Source of the DNA: Octopus vulgaris
Lineage: Eukaryota
Length of the DNA stretch: 64,000 nt
Assembly: GCA_951406725.2 (NCBI GenBank)
Contig: OX597820.1
Coordinates: 13,454,001 to 13,518,000, forward strand
Direction: 5' to 3'
The notes under the pieces are model-generated. The model ran no database searches. It saw only the letters and a list, made by a program, of their open reading frames with translations, and was not told the DNA's origin. The position numbers were made by a program, and so were the translations under genes. Shown piece after piece: positions 62,401-64,000 of this stretch (position 1 is the stretch's first letter; each line of letters starts with the position of its first letter).

Positions 62401-64000
62401 CAAGCTTACAAGTGACCATTTTATGATCACTGTAGCTGATCGGGTAAAACTGTGGACACTTAGCTATTTTACTGTCTACTTTTCTAATTAGTATTCTATC
62501 TAAATATGACCTGGAAGATCCGTCGCTGTTTGACCATGTCCACAATGGAGCGTTCGGAAATTCCAGCCTATAAGGATCTGCTAGCTCAAAGCGGCTTAGC
62601 AGTTCCATGAAGCCACTGTTACCTTTCCTATCTGGACGCGAGCCAACACAATCTACATCCGCTTTGCAAATTGTGTTAAAGTCTCCTAGCACCACTAATG
62701 AATGCGAAGTACCAAGAAAGTTTTCTAGTTCACGAAAATAATCACTTTGCCTTGTACTGTTGGGTGCGTAAATTGCAACCAGTCTGATAACTTTACCGTT
62801 ACTGAACGTCAAATCCATGACGACCAGTCTACCTTCTGGATCTGCAAAAATTAACTTTTTCTCAGAAACCCGGTTTCTTTTTAATAGGACCAACACCCCA
62901 CTCCCGCCTGTAGGACTGCCAGGAGAGAAAAAACTCTCGTAGCCGTCAAACAGCGGGAGTAGACCTCTTGGCCCCTCTAACCGGGCTTCTGTAGCAACAA
63001 TAACATCTAAATTATGCGACCTGATATCATGCAGGAAGCGACCTTGCTTCCAGCCTGCTCCCAGGCCGCTCACATTCAAACAACCAACATAAATGTAATC
63101 CATTACTTACCCTTATATCAGTGGTTCGACTTGTTCGACTTGTTTTTCGTCGTCTTCACTTTTATTTTTTTCCTTGGCTCGTGGGGGAGTCCGACGCAGG
63201 CCCTCGTATAGATATGGAGACATGTCCAATCTCAGAGGGCCCACGTCGTGGAAGAATTCGGATTATATCCGTCTGTAATCCTTCCGGCCTATTTTATAAA
63301 CAATGCAGTCTTTTGCTTTTCTCACTCTTTCCACTTTGGCCATGGCTGCCAAAACATTACCTAGTCTGTTATTGGTGGCCTTAATGGCCATAAATGAATT
63401 AGTTGCTTCCTTTCTCTTCTTCTGGTTCTCTTCCTGAGGGCTGGTTTCTGTTTTCCGTTTTTTTTTTGGTAACTTTTGACCACCCCTCCTCTTTTTCCTT
63501 TTCTACGCCACTTGTTGTTTCTACTACCTCTTTGGTTTCATGTGTTTTTTCTTCTGTTTCCTTTTCTGTTTTTTCCTTTTCCGGCGGTGCTTCTACCTGC
63601 GGTTTAGGTTGGTACTCTGCTCTTACGTGCCCCTTTTTACCGCAGCCGAAGCACCTCGGCTTTCTTCCCTCCACGAACACTAGCACCCTCTCCTCCTCGC
63701 TGAGCCTCAATATCTCCGGTATTTCTTCTAGTGTTTGGACTTCGGCTTGGATCGCCATTGTGATGCATTGGCCTTGCCAAAACCCTTCCTCCTCTACTGT
63801 AGCCTGGAGGATAGTGATCTTGTCCTCCAGGCCTAGCATCACTGCCGCCACCAGGCATGTGGCGTCCGCTTCTGGCGGAATATTTTTCATTACTATTTTT
63901 GAGGTCCTTCTGCCTCTGTACAGGGGTAGGACTATATTCCCTACTTTTTGAGGTTCGGTTGATAGCTTCTTTGCTATCTCCTCGGTCTTAAACCTCACCT
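59467..64000 (-). mobile_element. Tx1-C copy 2, autonomous type, continues beyond the window
   Basis: ORF1 (63399-63998, CFGCGKKGHVR) and ORF2. 3' end is GCCCCTTGTGGGTAGTAATAAA. Confidence 0.9.
59710..63103 (-). pseudogene. Tx1-C ORF2 (EN + RT + CCHC), single frameshift near 62080
   Basis: The 347-aa EN part and the 790-aa RT part carry all the core motifs (LDQSKAFDRV, VRQGCPLSPLL, YADD, CPRC..ETVPHAIVHC). Confidence 0.92.

Noticed and set aside
160-63951. Numerous plus-strand ORFs in the track
   Set aside because: They are antisense shadows of minus-strand ORF1/ORF2 (Ser/Phe-rich) with no recognisable domains.
1-64000. Telomeric HeT-A/TART-like array
   Set aside because: The gag-only head-to-tail layout is similar, but junctions have a defined target motif anchored in a SINE head, most units have intact 5' ends, there are no long poly(A) tails or telomeric repeats, and ORF2 is Tx1-type.

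Overview
Eukaryotic (animal, probably cephalopod/octopus; inferred from a recalled SINE head) repeat region made almost entirely of Tx1-group (L1-like) non-LTR retrotransposons, all on the minus strand. No host gene is visible. Positions 1-44282 form a head-to-tail array of about 18 units. Most units are 0.7-3 kb ORF1-only (gag-like RRM plus CCHC knuckle) non-autonomous elements from several families, and one is a near-complete ORF1+ORF2 Tx1. Units are separated by a recurring 14-16 bp motif, AGTAGCT(T/C)(G)CT(T/A/C)AC(C) on the element strand. At the upstream end (44283-44305) that motif is continuous with the 5' head of a tRNA-derived SINE. The array therefore looks like a pile-up of sequence-specific insertions into one SINE, each regenerating the target, and the motif variants are stratified along the array like a chronological record. 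Positions 44497-64000 hold further ORF1-only and autonomous Tx1 copies (APE endonuclease + RT + CCHC), also all minus strand. Most ORFs are frameshifted, and some frameshifts may be assembly indels. Family labels (A-E, Tx1-A to Tx1-D) and unit boundaries are my own by-eye assignments.
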